Positions 53,280 through 64,000 of a stretch of DNA of 64,000 bases are shown here, one piece after another. The translations under genes were made by a program, and so were the position numbers. The notes under the pieces are model-generated. The model was not told where the DNA came from. It did no database searches and saw nothing but the letters and a program-made list of their open reading frames with translations. The DNA lies in assembly GCA_013239625.1 (NCBI GenBank), contig MU053810.1, positions 1-64,000 of the forward strand, written 5' to 3'. Positions within the stretch are counted from its first letter, which is position 1, and every line of letters begins with the position of its first letter. Origin of the DNA: Lama guanicoe. Taxonomy: Eukaryota.

Positions 53280-53750
53280 TAGGACTGGGTTCAGCTCAAG
53301 GATCAGAAAACCCAAGCGACTTAGGTAGAAGTTTGTTTCTCACTCATGTGAAAGTCGGGTAGGCGGGTCAGGCTGGAGCAGAACATCAGGGGCTCAGGTC
53401 CTTCCATCCAGTTTCTCCACTGTGCGTGGCCTCTGTGACTAGCTTCAGCTCATGACCCAAGATGTCCTCTCCAGCTCCAGCCATCACATCTGCATTCCAG
53501 CTACTGGGAAGGAAAAAAGGGTAAGAGAAGGACATGCCTTTTCCCTTGGTGAGGCACTTCCCAGAAGCTGTACATCACAGCACTCTGCCTACATCCCACG
53601 GTCATGGCTTGTTCACATGGCCACACTTGGCTCAAGGCAGGCTGGGCTACCTGGGGTCTCACCTGGGCAGCCGCGTGGCCAGTTATGCAGTCCTTTAGGA
53701 CTCTGTTACAGAAGAAAAGAGAGAACCAAGATTGAGGGACCACTGGCAGT
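53280..53750 (-). mobile_element. Old MaLR (MLT1J/K-like) LTR
   Basis: 'ctccagccatcacatctgcattccag' and 'ttcacatggccacac' motifs typical of old MLT1 elements. Confidence 0.55.
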
Positions 53751-55809
53751 GGTGTTCGGGGCTTCTGTCATTTAAATAACTGGAAATCGTCTTCCCCGCA
53801 AGGAGCCCTAAAACTCAAAGGTGATGCTGCGTTCCACTCACAGCCCCGCTGCCTCCCGGGTATCCTCATAATGTCACAAGATAGAAATGAACTGGCCTAA
53901 GGGCAAGGACTTGAGTTCTGACCAGACCTGTTGGTCTTCAGTTGGTCACCAAATACTTATTGAGTGTTCCCAGTGATTTAAGGCTTCAGACCTAGGGCAT
54001 CAAAGGGCAAACCCTCTCTGACAGTGACCTTCACATTAGGGTTGAAGAGAGAGGTCTGCTGCTCTAGAAAGAGCCCTGCAAATACAGAAGGAAGGAGGTC
54101 GGGGTCAAGGTGGCCCCTCCCTGGCACCTTGAATCAGGAGTGCCTTCCTGCCTTCAGCTGCATCTGATTCTTACTCCTGCCATCTCTGACTAGGGCACCA
54201 CCCTGACCCTCGGGTAACTTGTGCAGACTTCCAAGCTCGTTCGTAACGTGGGTCTTATTAGTGGCCCTCTCAAAGGATTACACGAGTTTGAAGTCCTTGG
54301 AGAGCACATCATTGCAGTCTTGTGTGCACCAGCAGTATGTCTGAAATGTAGTCCTTATTTGTACATCACGTTTTCCAACTGTAAAATCTCATTCCCAGGA
54401 GAGACAGTATCCTGGGACTTGGCGGGGGGGGGGGACTTTTTCGATTCTTTTTTCCAGATGCCTTGGTTTTTCTTTATGCGTCACTGCTTCTGTAACGGAA
54501 ATAGTCTGATGTCTTTTAAGCTATTTTGTTTTCTTTGTAAAACACCTGCCAGGAGTGTCTTGTGCTTTGTCAGAAGAATCAACCTGTTTTCAGACATTCG
54601 GGTCTGACATGTTAACACAGAAGTAAAACTGGAGACAGGGAAGGCCCTGGCATAGGCATGTAGTCCATCCTAGCCAGGTCTGTCCTCGTCTTCAAGGCCG
54701 CCAGCTCACTCTGATGAGCCATGCTGGTACCTAGCAATCTTCATTTTCAGGAAAGTGGGGAGTTAGCCAATTCATTAAGATTTTTATTAAGTCATTGGCG
54801 GTGAAAAGTTACTGATTTTGGTCACTCTTAATGGGGTTGATCGGGCTTTGATGTCATCATCCTTTTAGGTAATTATTATGATTTGGTGATAGAATCTCTA
54901 GCATGCCTCTGTATGGCCCCATGTGGGAGAGCTGACATCCTCCCACCCACCCAGAGTGCCTCATTTATTCTTACAGGCCAGCTGATACCTGGACAGAATT
55001 GATCCATTATTACCTACTAGTAATCTTCATTATAAAATACAAAGCTGCTTTCTCATGCAGCTTTAAAGTGACAGTTGGATGCGTCGGATGGACGTTGAGC
55101 ACTGACTCCAGAGAAGGGCATCTTTTCTGCGGGAGCGAGGGGATTAGCAGATGCAGGTGTGTTTAAGGAATGGGGAAGAAAGTGGAGGACCCTTTATTCC
55201 ACACCCCTGCTTCATTTCTGCATTTCTCTCTCACTCTCTCTCAACACACACCTGGAAGCCTTTATTTCTCTATAAAGCAGGAAGCAAAGGCATCCACCAG
55301 GACTGAAAAAAGAGGTGGTAGAGGAAGAGGGGCTTGAGGAGAGGGCTGAAGGCCAGGCATCACTGATGTCAGCATCAGGAAAGAGAGCTGACTGCAGACA
55401 CATAAGGGCAGGCTGAGCAGAGTGGACATTGGAGATGCTGAGCTGGGAGTGGAAGCAGTCACCATCGGACAGGGTGGAAGAAGAGAAGATAGCTCTTTGG
55501 TTAGATCTGGGGCTGGTGTATCGCTGGAGTGTTTATTGAAAGTATGAGAAGGTGGGGCAGTGAGGGTAGGGACGAGAACATAGCTGAAGTTACGGGTCAT
55601 TGATTCATTCATCCATTAAGCAAATATTTGTCAGGCAACCATGGGAGACAAGTGGCTAGGTAGGAAAGGAGGTGAAGACAAGAATAAATGGATACTTTGG
55701 GAGAAAACAGAGAGGTCAGGAGATGAGAAGCCTCAGGAAGTCAAGACCCAAGAGAGGAAGGGAGGGCATGAGCAATGTGGAAGGATGATAGTGGAGGCCG
55801 GTGTGTAAA

Positions 55810-56030
55810 TAGCTCTGTGTGTGTGCCAGGTATTGTTCTAGATTCTCTGTGCAAATTAACTTATTAACTCTCACAGTAACTGTATGAGAAAGGACTATTA
55901 CTATTCACATTTCACAAACATGGGAAGATTAGGTAGTTTTTCCGAAGTCTCCCCACCAGTACAGAGCCGGAATTCGAACCCAGATAAACTGGCACCAAAA
56001 TCGAAGCTTTCCACACTGTACTTACCCTGC
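55810..56030 (-). mobile_element. MIR SINE
   Basis: 'gtgccaggtattgttctag...ctcacagtaactgtatgag...ccggaattcgaacccag'. Confidence 0.7.
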
Positions 56031-56876
56031 CTCTAGGATGCTGTGGTCGGAATGGGTTCAGAATGTTAAATGGGGGGTGGTTCCAGATGATTTCCCAGGA
56101 CTGGTGACGTGGGCAGGAGAAAGTGGCTGAAGCCAGCGTGGACGATGGTCCCTGGAAGCAAGATCACAGGTGCATCACCCACGTGATCACTGATGGGAGA
56201 GAAGACTGAGCTGAAAGCATTCATGAGCGTAGGCTGGTGATGAGAAGGCTGGCAGATGGAGAGGTGGAGATGCTGATACTAGCCAGAAGGCCTGAGTCCA
56301 AAAACTCCAGGGTGATTTTATGTGAGTGGAGAAGGAATAGTGTGGAAATGCCATTGTAGGGGGAGAAAAAGAGCAAATCTCTCCTCCCAGCCCTAGAGCC
56401 TAAGGGACTGGGGGACTGTGTTCCTGGGAAAGAGCCAGGCTTCGGCTGAGCAGGCAGATGGAAGGGGAACTCTCCCCATCAGGTGCCAGTGTCTGAGGAC
56501 TTACTTTCTGTACTGCGGAGTTCCAGGGATTCGGGAGGGCGGAGCGTGTGGGGAATTTGGGTCAAAGCATGGGAACAGAGAAAAGACTGGAATGAGAGCA
56601 GGACCAAGGATGGGAGCTGGAAAGGGCCAACATTTGGGGGTGATGACAGGCCTGGGTGGACTGTTTGCCTTCAAGGGTCCAGGTAGGGCCGTGTGTGAAG
56701 TTGCACGGGCCCCCCGCAGGCCAGGGCCCCAGGTCGTTGCCACTGTCCGAAGGGCCCGGGTGGGCCTTCCGTCTGAGCCAGGCCAGTGAGCGTGCTTCCC
56801 ACAGGCCCCTCGGCATCCCTTTGGCCACGGCAACAGGCTGTGAACGGGCTTGTTCGGAGTCATCTCTGCCCTTGCC

Positions 56877-57355
56877 CAGGGGGAGCTTTTAACCTTTTCT
56901 GTGCTAGAGCTCTGTGACCGTCTGGTGATGCTCATGGCCCCTTTTCAGAATAATGTTTTAAATACACAAAACAAGATACCCAGGATTACAAAGATAACTG
57001 ATTTTATGCACCAGAATGTAAAACAAAAAATTGATACAGAAATACACATGCCCTGATAAAATAACTAGCTACAGGTCTAGTAACATTTATAATTTTAAAG
57101 TAATGATGAGTTTCAATAATTTGTTGAGGTATAAGGTGAGATGACAACATCTGGACTTCCTGCCGGTGACAGAATGGGAGGTCTTGCTCGTACTGCCGGG
57201 GCTTGTTGACTGAATGTGTAATAGAGCGAAATGCTGTATTTCTGTTAGAAACTAGTGAAAATAAATATGTGAGATTTCCCCACCCAAATCCTGGAGCCTC
57301 TGAATTCTACTCACAGGCCCTTTGGGGAGTGGGGACCCCAGAGTAAGAATCCCCA
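56877..57355. mobile_element. hAT-Charlie-type MER element
   Basis: caggggagcttttaacctt... start, ...ccccagagtaagaatcccc end, and an internal 'ttcagaataatgttttaaat' motif. Confidence 0.55.
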
Positions 57356-57656
57356 CAGAGGAAACACACACACAGGACTTAATTCTTGAAATGCAGGCAG
57401 TTTAGGACTTCTGGCTTCGCCCAGTCCACCATACCTGCCTTAAAAAGTTGATCATTGTTGCCTTTATGGGTAGACCTCATTCATAAAGGTTTGTGACTAT
57501 AGTACACTTGTCAGGGCTAGAAATCGATTTATGCCTTCACTGTGTTGTCAGGTCTGGACCAGAGCCTGGGACAGACGCGTGTCATCAGAGTTCTCACTGA
57601 AGCCCCATCCTTATAAGCCCCTCCGTTACTCTGTGCTCCACGTCTCCTTCTAGAAC

Positions 57657-57880
57657 GAGCTTTCTCAGCCTTAGCTCTGTTGACATTTGGGGATGGGTAC
57701 TTCTTCGTTGTGACGGTCTGTCCTGTGCGTTGTGGCGTGTTGGCAGCATCCCGGACCTCTGTCCTTGATGGCAATAGCAGTATCCCCCTAAGTTATGATA
57801 ATCAAAAATGCCTCCAGACACTGTCAGATGTCCCCTGTTGGGGAAGAGGGACATAAAATCGCCGCCATTGAGAACAGCTG
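57657..57880. mobile_element. MER20 DNA transposon
   Basis: 'ctgttgacatttgggg...gcagcatccc...aaaatgcctccagacactgtcagatgtcccctg...ttgagaacagctg'; approximate 8-bp TSD ttctagaa / ctgtagaa. Confidence 0.85.
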
Positions 57881-59579
57881 CTGTAGAACATGGCTTCACT
57901 GTTAACTCCAGAGTAGCAGCCACTACCTGCTATGGCCATTGTCAACTGCACAGGAAGACAGTTTACTGCACATATCAAAATGACATCCCATCCCTTTAAG
58001 ATCGCATTAACATCTTACTAATGCAGAGAAACAGTCACAGTTGAGGGGACCTCTCATTCCAGTCGTGGAAAGAACATTTCCCACTGTTCACAATGTCTAT
58101 CATCAGTGACTGGGTGATGCCTTTCTTCAAAATAATTTCTGATTATACTCATCACTCTGCTAAATGTCAGCAAATTGCTTTTGTGACACATGCGTTCTGA
58201 GGGCACACTGCAAATAGATGGCCCATTATCACTGAATAGAAAAGAAAGTGAAGAAATGTTAAGCTATTCACAGAGAAACTTTGCAAATCTCTTCTCCCAG
58301 AAAGCCTTTTAAAAAGGACTAGAGACCTATTTGATGAAAATGATTTGGCTGAGGTTCTGCCTGGAGTGTGAGCTGGATGACACCTGGAATTCCGTCTCGA
58401 CTCTGCAGTTACGGAAAACAGAGAAAATCATCATCGTCACTTGCTCCCAAGTTAGCATCTCCTTTTATAACATACAGATGTGTGAACAGTACTTTGATTC
58501 AAAAACAAAATGTAACTGTTAAGTCATCACTTCTTTTCCATTGTATGTTTGCGGACTGCTTTCTGATACCCTCCACCTTTCATCCACTCAGTATAAAAAG
58601 AAATTCCAGTGGCCAGATCAGACACAGAACATTCATTCTCTTTCTAGCTTTTCTCTTACTGCGCCCTGCAGAATCGCACCTTACCGCCTCCCACTGTGAC
58701 TTCTTAGCTTGCTTTCATATAGCATTTTATGGTTTGCAAAGACCTTCTGTATCCATATTCATGCTTGATGTGATCCCAAACTTCATCTGACCCGGCATCA
58801 GGGCTTCCATCTTGAACAGGATGAAACAGTCTCAAGAGGTGACGTTTACCAGCTTAGGCTCAAATGGTGTTGAATGTCTTCATAGGGTAAGTCTTAAGGC
58901 ATGTTGGTCTTTGGACCAGTGGAAAAGAAAGGGGTAAACACCTGTCCTGGGCCAGGACTTGGTGTGGTGATCATGGCTGGTGTTCAGTGGCCTGTGGTTG
59001 GCAGTGGTGGATAAGATCCCTGGCAGAGTGGGCTCGGTTCCCATGACTCTGACCGGCATGTGGATGTACGGGTGTGGGTGTCATCCATCAGTGCAGTGAC
59101 TGGGCTTCTTGGGGAAAACCTGAGAGCCACTGAAGAGGGAATTCATTTCACCTCATGCTCACAGCACGTCTGGCATATCTCCAGTGGGACGAGAGCTTCA
59201 GGCCACATCAGAACCTGCTACACAGGGAGGGCTGATGCTTCGCCGTTGCTGCTCCAGGGATGGAATGATGATCAGAGAACAGAATTCCCAGACACTGCAC
59301 ACTCCTCTGCACCAGGGGCGTCCTTGTGCGGAATTCCTTCCTACAGGGAGGCTGATGGGCAGGCTGGCAGCTTTGGTGACTTGGATGACAGTTAAGACTC
59401 GGTGTAAGTTACACACCCCTACGAGCAGCTCCAGGGGAAGGTTACTGCCATGATTCCATCCCCCTTACTGAAGAGATGACTTTCCTTCTGGTGGCTCAGT
59501 GCAGCAGGCAGGTGGACTGCTAACAAGGAACTGGCATTGGGTCACTCCTTCAGCCCCTTGACATTTCCCCCTGAGGGAA

Positions 59580-60095
59580 TGAGTTATAGTCATTTTACAA
59601 TGTTGTGTCAAATTCCAGTGCAGAGCACCATTTTTTCAGTTATATGTGAACATACATATATTCATTGTCACATTCTTTTTCGCTGTGAGCTACCGCAAGA
59701 TCTTGTATATATTTCCCTGTGCTATGCAGTATAATCTTGTTTATCTATTCTACATATGCCTGTCAGTATCTACACATTTTTGAACTCCCAGCCTATCTCT
59801 TCCCAACCCCCTCCCCCTTGGCAACCACAAGGACATGGAAACAGCCTAAATGTCCATCAACAAATGACTGGATAAAGATGATGCGGTATATTTATACAAT
59901 GGAATACTATTCAGCCATTAAAAATGACAACGTAATGCCATTTGCAGGGACATGGATGTCCCTGGAGAATGTCATTCTAAGTGAAGTAAACCAGAAAGGG
60001 AAAGAAAAATACCATGTGAGATCGCTTATATTTAAAAAAAATAATAATAAATACAAAACAAACAGACTCGTAGACATAGAATACAAACTTGTGGT
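59580..60095 (-). mobile_element. 5'-inverted LINE-1 with no visible poly(A)
   Basis: 59580-59831 is the antisense L1 3' end; 59832-60095 is plus-oriented upstream L1 sequence ending in cttgtggt, which overlaps the start of the other part. Confidence 0.85.
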
Positions 60096-61014
60096 CAGTG
60101 GTCATTTTTAAAAGAACTGGAGGAGACTTAGCAGAAAACTGCCGAGAGAAGGCAATCATCCTGTGCCTTCTCTTTCTTTCCTTTTGTCGTGTTCTTTATT
60201 GTATCCTCTTCAGTGCCTGTGGCTTTTTGAATTTTTTTCTTCCCGAGATTGTGGCTTTCCAAGCTAAGAGTGAACAAAGTTTGGGTTTGCTGGGGGCGGG
60301 AGCTGGAAATGGTTCCCGCTAGTCCTGGCTGATGAAGCTCCTATGCCTTGGGCCATGGTTGCCATAAGCACCTCCTCCGAGCCCCGAGTGAGTCCGTAAA
60401 TACGAGTGAGTTTTATTTGAACAGCGGTGCGATGCCATTTGCGTGGCTGTGTTTGAACATGCTGAGGCCCTGGGTGTGTACACCTGAATTCCTTGACATC
60501 TTCCACATGCCCCAGCAGGCCTTGAGGTTAGAAAAAATTAAGTAGTTACTTATGACTTGGCAGTGTTCTTCTCCTTCAGGCCTAGGGGCCCTTGGGGAGT
60601 GTTTCTCATTTTAGTTACTTTTCTCGATTTGCGTGTAGTCTGAGTTTGGTGAAACCTAAGTCTAATTAGTGCTTTTGAAATGCAAAGTGAATTTCCCTTG
60701 AAATTGAAAAGTCTACGATCCTGGTGATTCTAGTAGGATCGGTGGGTTTCTAATCAGGTTCAGATTGGCTTAAAATAGAGTGAACAAGTTCCTCAAGCCA
60801 TGGGAAGCAATCTGTTTGGAGTGTTGGGACAGAGTATGCATTAGAGAATTCTCTCCTAAACTTCTATATTCTTAATTTACATAGTGATGATAATCACCTC
60901 TAGAAGAGATCTTTAAGTAAAGAAAAGAGCTCTTTTTGTCATTCAGTTGTATAAATGACCCAGTTTCTCTTAAGAAATTAATGGTTTTTAAAAAAAAAAA
61001 GGATTATTACAGCA

Positions 61015-61420
61015 TAAGAGACTCAGGAAGTGGAACAACAAAATGCAGTAAGTGGACCTTATTTGGACCATGATTTGAACAAACCACACACACGAGAGAC
61101 GCCTGTGAGGCAACTGTACTGGACATTAGTGAATATTAAGAAATTATTAATTTTAAGTGTGATAAGGGCATGGTGGTTATGCTTAAAAAATGTTCTTAGC
61201 TGCTAGACAATCCTACACAAATGTTTACAGGTTAGATGATACGATATCTGGGCTTTCCTTTAAAACACTCTTAAAAAAATAGTTTGGGAAGGGTCAGTGG
61301 GTAGATGAAATGAGAAAAGCAGAACGCTGGAAATCGCTGAGGGTGGGTGGTGATGGGTATGTGGAGGTTTACTGCATTCACCTTCACTTTGATGCGGGTT
61401 TGGAAATTTCCATAATACAA
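61015..61420 (+). mobile_element. Old L1 (L1MC/ME-like) 3' UTR fragment
   Basis: 'tattaagaaattattaattttaagtgtgataa...atgatacgatatctggg...tttggaaatttccataatacaaa'. Confidence 0.6.
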
Positions 61421-64000
61421 AAGATTTTTTTTAAAAAAGATTCCTTTTCTGGGTGGGAATGGAAAATAGGAGCTGGCAAACATGACGTCAGCTGAGAGGA
61501 AGACCAGGATGTTGGAGTGTCTTTGCTGCTGATGCTCTGCTCTGAAAATCTTTAAATATTTGTGTTTTTTTACAAGATGCAAGTTGTTTGGGGGCAGTGA
61601 ATATAGCTTACTTATCTTTCTAATGCCCACGGCGCTAAGTAAATGTTTCCTGAGTTTATTTCCTGCGTTTTTTGTTTTTCTGGGTAAAAATATTTATGAT
61701 TATAATGTTTTCATGATGAGTTGACCCTTGATGAAATACCCTCTGTTATCTTGAGCAGTACTCCATGTGCTGAAGTCTACTTTGCCTGATGCCAGTGTAT
61801 CTCAGTGCTGTTTCTTGTGCTGCGTGCTTCCCATGATACATGTATACATTTTTCCCACCCTTTTACTTTCAACCTACTTGTGTCTGTGTATTTACAGTCC
61901 ATTTCTTATAAATAGCAGGTACTGGGGGCTTGCTTTTGTATCTAGTTGGTCATTTCTGTCCTTTTAATTAGTGTTCAGTCCATTGACATTTCATGGTAGA
62001 GTTTGTGTGTACCATCTTGATGTTGATCATTTTCTTTTTAATCTCTTGTTTGATCTTTGTTCCCACCTTAATAGAAAAATAAGATGCAGAGCAAAGAAAG
62101 TAGGCCTTCTCTGAATAGGTTAGATGCAGAATTCCAGGAGGCTTCATTCACATCAGTCTTTGAAAAGAGTGCTCCTGGATTACAATTTCAGTCCATCATG
62201 AATGGACCTCATAGCTAAGGCCACTGTCGGTTGCCATCCTTAGGTTCCATTCAGCCACAGCTCTTGGCCTACTTGAGACATATATCAATGGCTTTAAGCA
62301 AACAGCTTTAGTACCTTCATCCCATGGAACTTAAGGTTATGTCAGTTAGAGTTTGATGATCACTACCAGTTATACACAGCCTGGTGCGGAGGAGAGACCA
62401 GCCTGTACCACTAGATGACAGCCATCTTCACACTCCACCTGGGTTCCTCAATCCATAGCGAGGATATGGATTGATGTTCTTGTCTTGGTTTCTGCTTCTG
62501 ACTATCCACCTGTTAACTACGCTATGTCCTGGACCCCATCTAGGACTGGAACACTGTCCAGCACTCCAAATACATCACCAGGTGCCCAACTGTCCTTCTC
62601 TGCTCCTGCCCAACCTCTCCCTTGCACACAGCACCTCAAACATCCCACTGCACCTGCCTGTTCTCCTCCTGCAGCCTGGAAAGTCCTCCTCAGGCCTATG
62701 TCCACCCTAGTGAGCTGGCCTTGTGGGAGGTCCAGCTCTTCTCCCCGTTCCTTCTTGCCTCATACGTAAGGTTTGAGCGTTAACGGCCCTGCTCAGACCA
62801 TCCCTTAAGCACAGTGCCCAACTCTGGAGACCACATTAGGATGGGTGATGAGTGGAAGGGTTGACTGGAGAATTCTTGAGTTATAGAATCAGACCATGAG
62901 GGGGTCTTGAAAAATGTAATGTGAGAAGTGGTCCAGGGAGCTGCTGATGTTTTCTCTGGGATGGAGAAGAATTAAAGACGGTATGATTCTGTGTAATACA
63001 AACCTTTGGCATGCTACTTGGAGAAGAGGAAATGGCTTTATTCGGTGTGACTTGAGAAGCAAGCGTTGAAACATTATGTTATATTTGGTTTTAAGGTACA
63101 GAGGTATGTTCACCTTTGCGATAGGTGGTTGTGCCAGAAAAAGAAAAAGTGAGCTGAGTGCCAGATATGGTTGGAGTGCCCGCCCCAGAGGCCCACTGGC
63201 CACCTGTCAGGGGTGTTTGCCTTACGCTGGGTGAGAGGTTGCCTGCAGGACCTCAAAACATGTGATTCAGTGTGTCTGAATTTTAAAATCATTCTTGGTT
63301 AGTAGTGGGTCACCAAGGAATTTAAAGAGGAGAAAGGAGATATAGATGACTTGTTGGCTAGGATCAGTCACCTATTGAATATAAGCCAGAGAGGCAAAAA
63401 GGACACCCCAGTTTGGTGACTTTAACAGCTCTCCCCCTGGTGGGATTTGCCGGCACCTCAAGGCATCTCTGAAGGCCTTCCTTCCTATTCCCCTCTCTGG
63501 AACCCCCTGCCCACCTGCCTGCTTCCTGGTGGAGACCCACTGGTCTGACCCAGGTCTGGTGCTCCTCATTTGGGCTCTTCTGGGACCCTGTGTGTCATGG
63601 AGACCATCTCTGCCTCCCAAAACTGCCTTCACCACTGAACAGTATGGGTGACTCCCTCTCCTTCAGCACACAGAAGCTTCTAGAACTTCAGGCTTACAGC
63701 ATCCTCTCCTCCTGTGCTCACTGCTACCCAAGGTCACTTCTGGATTCCCACTTCCTGGAACTGCAAATCCTCATTGAAAATCCCTGGCTCTTCTCATTTT
63801 ATTCTCCCCTCTTTTCCACGGTCCCCCACACTCTGGAGATCAATGATGAAAACATGTTTTGGAGAGTCTCACCCTCACACACGTACATGCACACACAGAA
63901 TGACACTCGGAGGAAGAAATTGGGGCCTTTTCAAGATTGGTACAAAGGCACAGAGGATTAAGAGCAGAAAAATGGATGTGCCCAGAGGACCCCCTGGTGG

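Overview
Mammalian genomic DNA, most likely from a camelid (alpaca, llama or camel), judged from three tRNA-derived SINEs resembling the camelid Vic-1 type. The window is a mosaic of three segments from genes that lie well apart on human 10p14-p13. (1) About 1-15.7 kb holds four internal UPF2 exons on the minus strand, with a +1 frameshift and several substitutions at normally conserved residues. (2) About 15.7-24.8 kb holds only three internal USP6NL (RN-tre) TBC-domain exons, also on the minus strand and transcriptionally upstream of the UPF2 exons; both catalytic fingers are kept. (3) About 25-64 kb holds the CCDC3 CpG island, coding exons 1-2 on the plus strand, and a long repeat-rich intron. 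The last USP6NL exon ends in phase 1 and the next UPF2 exons start in phase 1. The arrangement is therefore a splice-compatible candidate USP6NL-UPF2 chimeric gene or pseudogene, head-to-head with the CCDC3 promoter and reminiscent of the hominoid TBC1D3-USP32 fusion that formed USP6. Misassembly or a dead duplicate cannot be excluded from sequence alone. Comparisons with human proteins and repeat consensus sequences are from memory, not database searches, and repeat boundaries are approximate.
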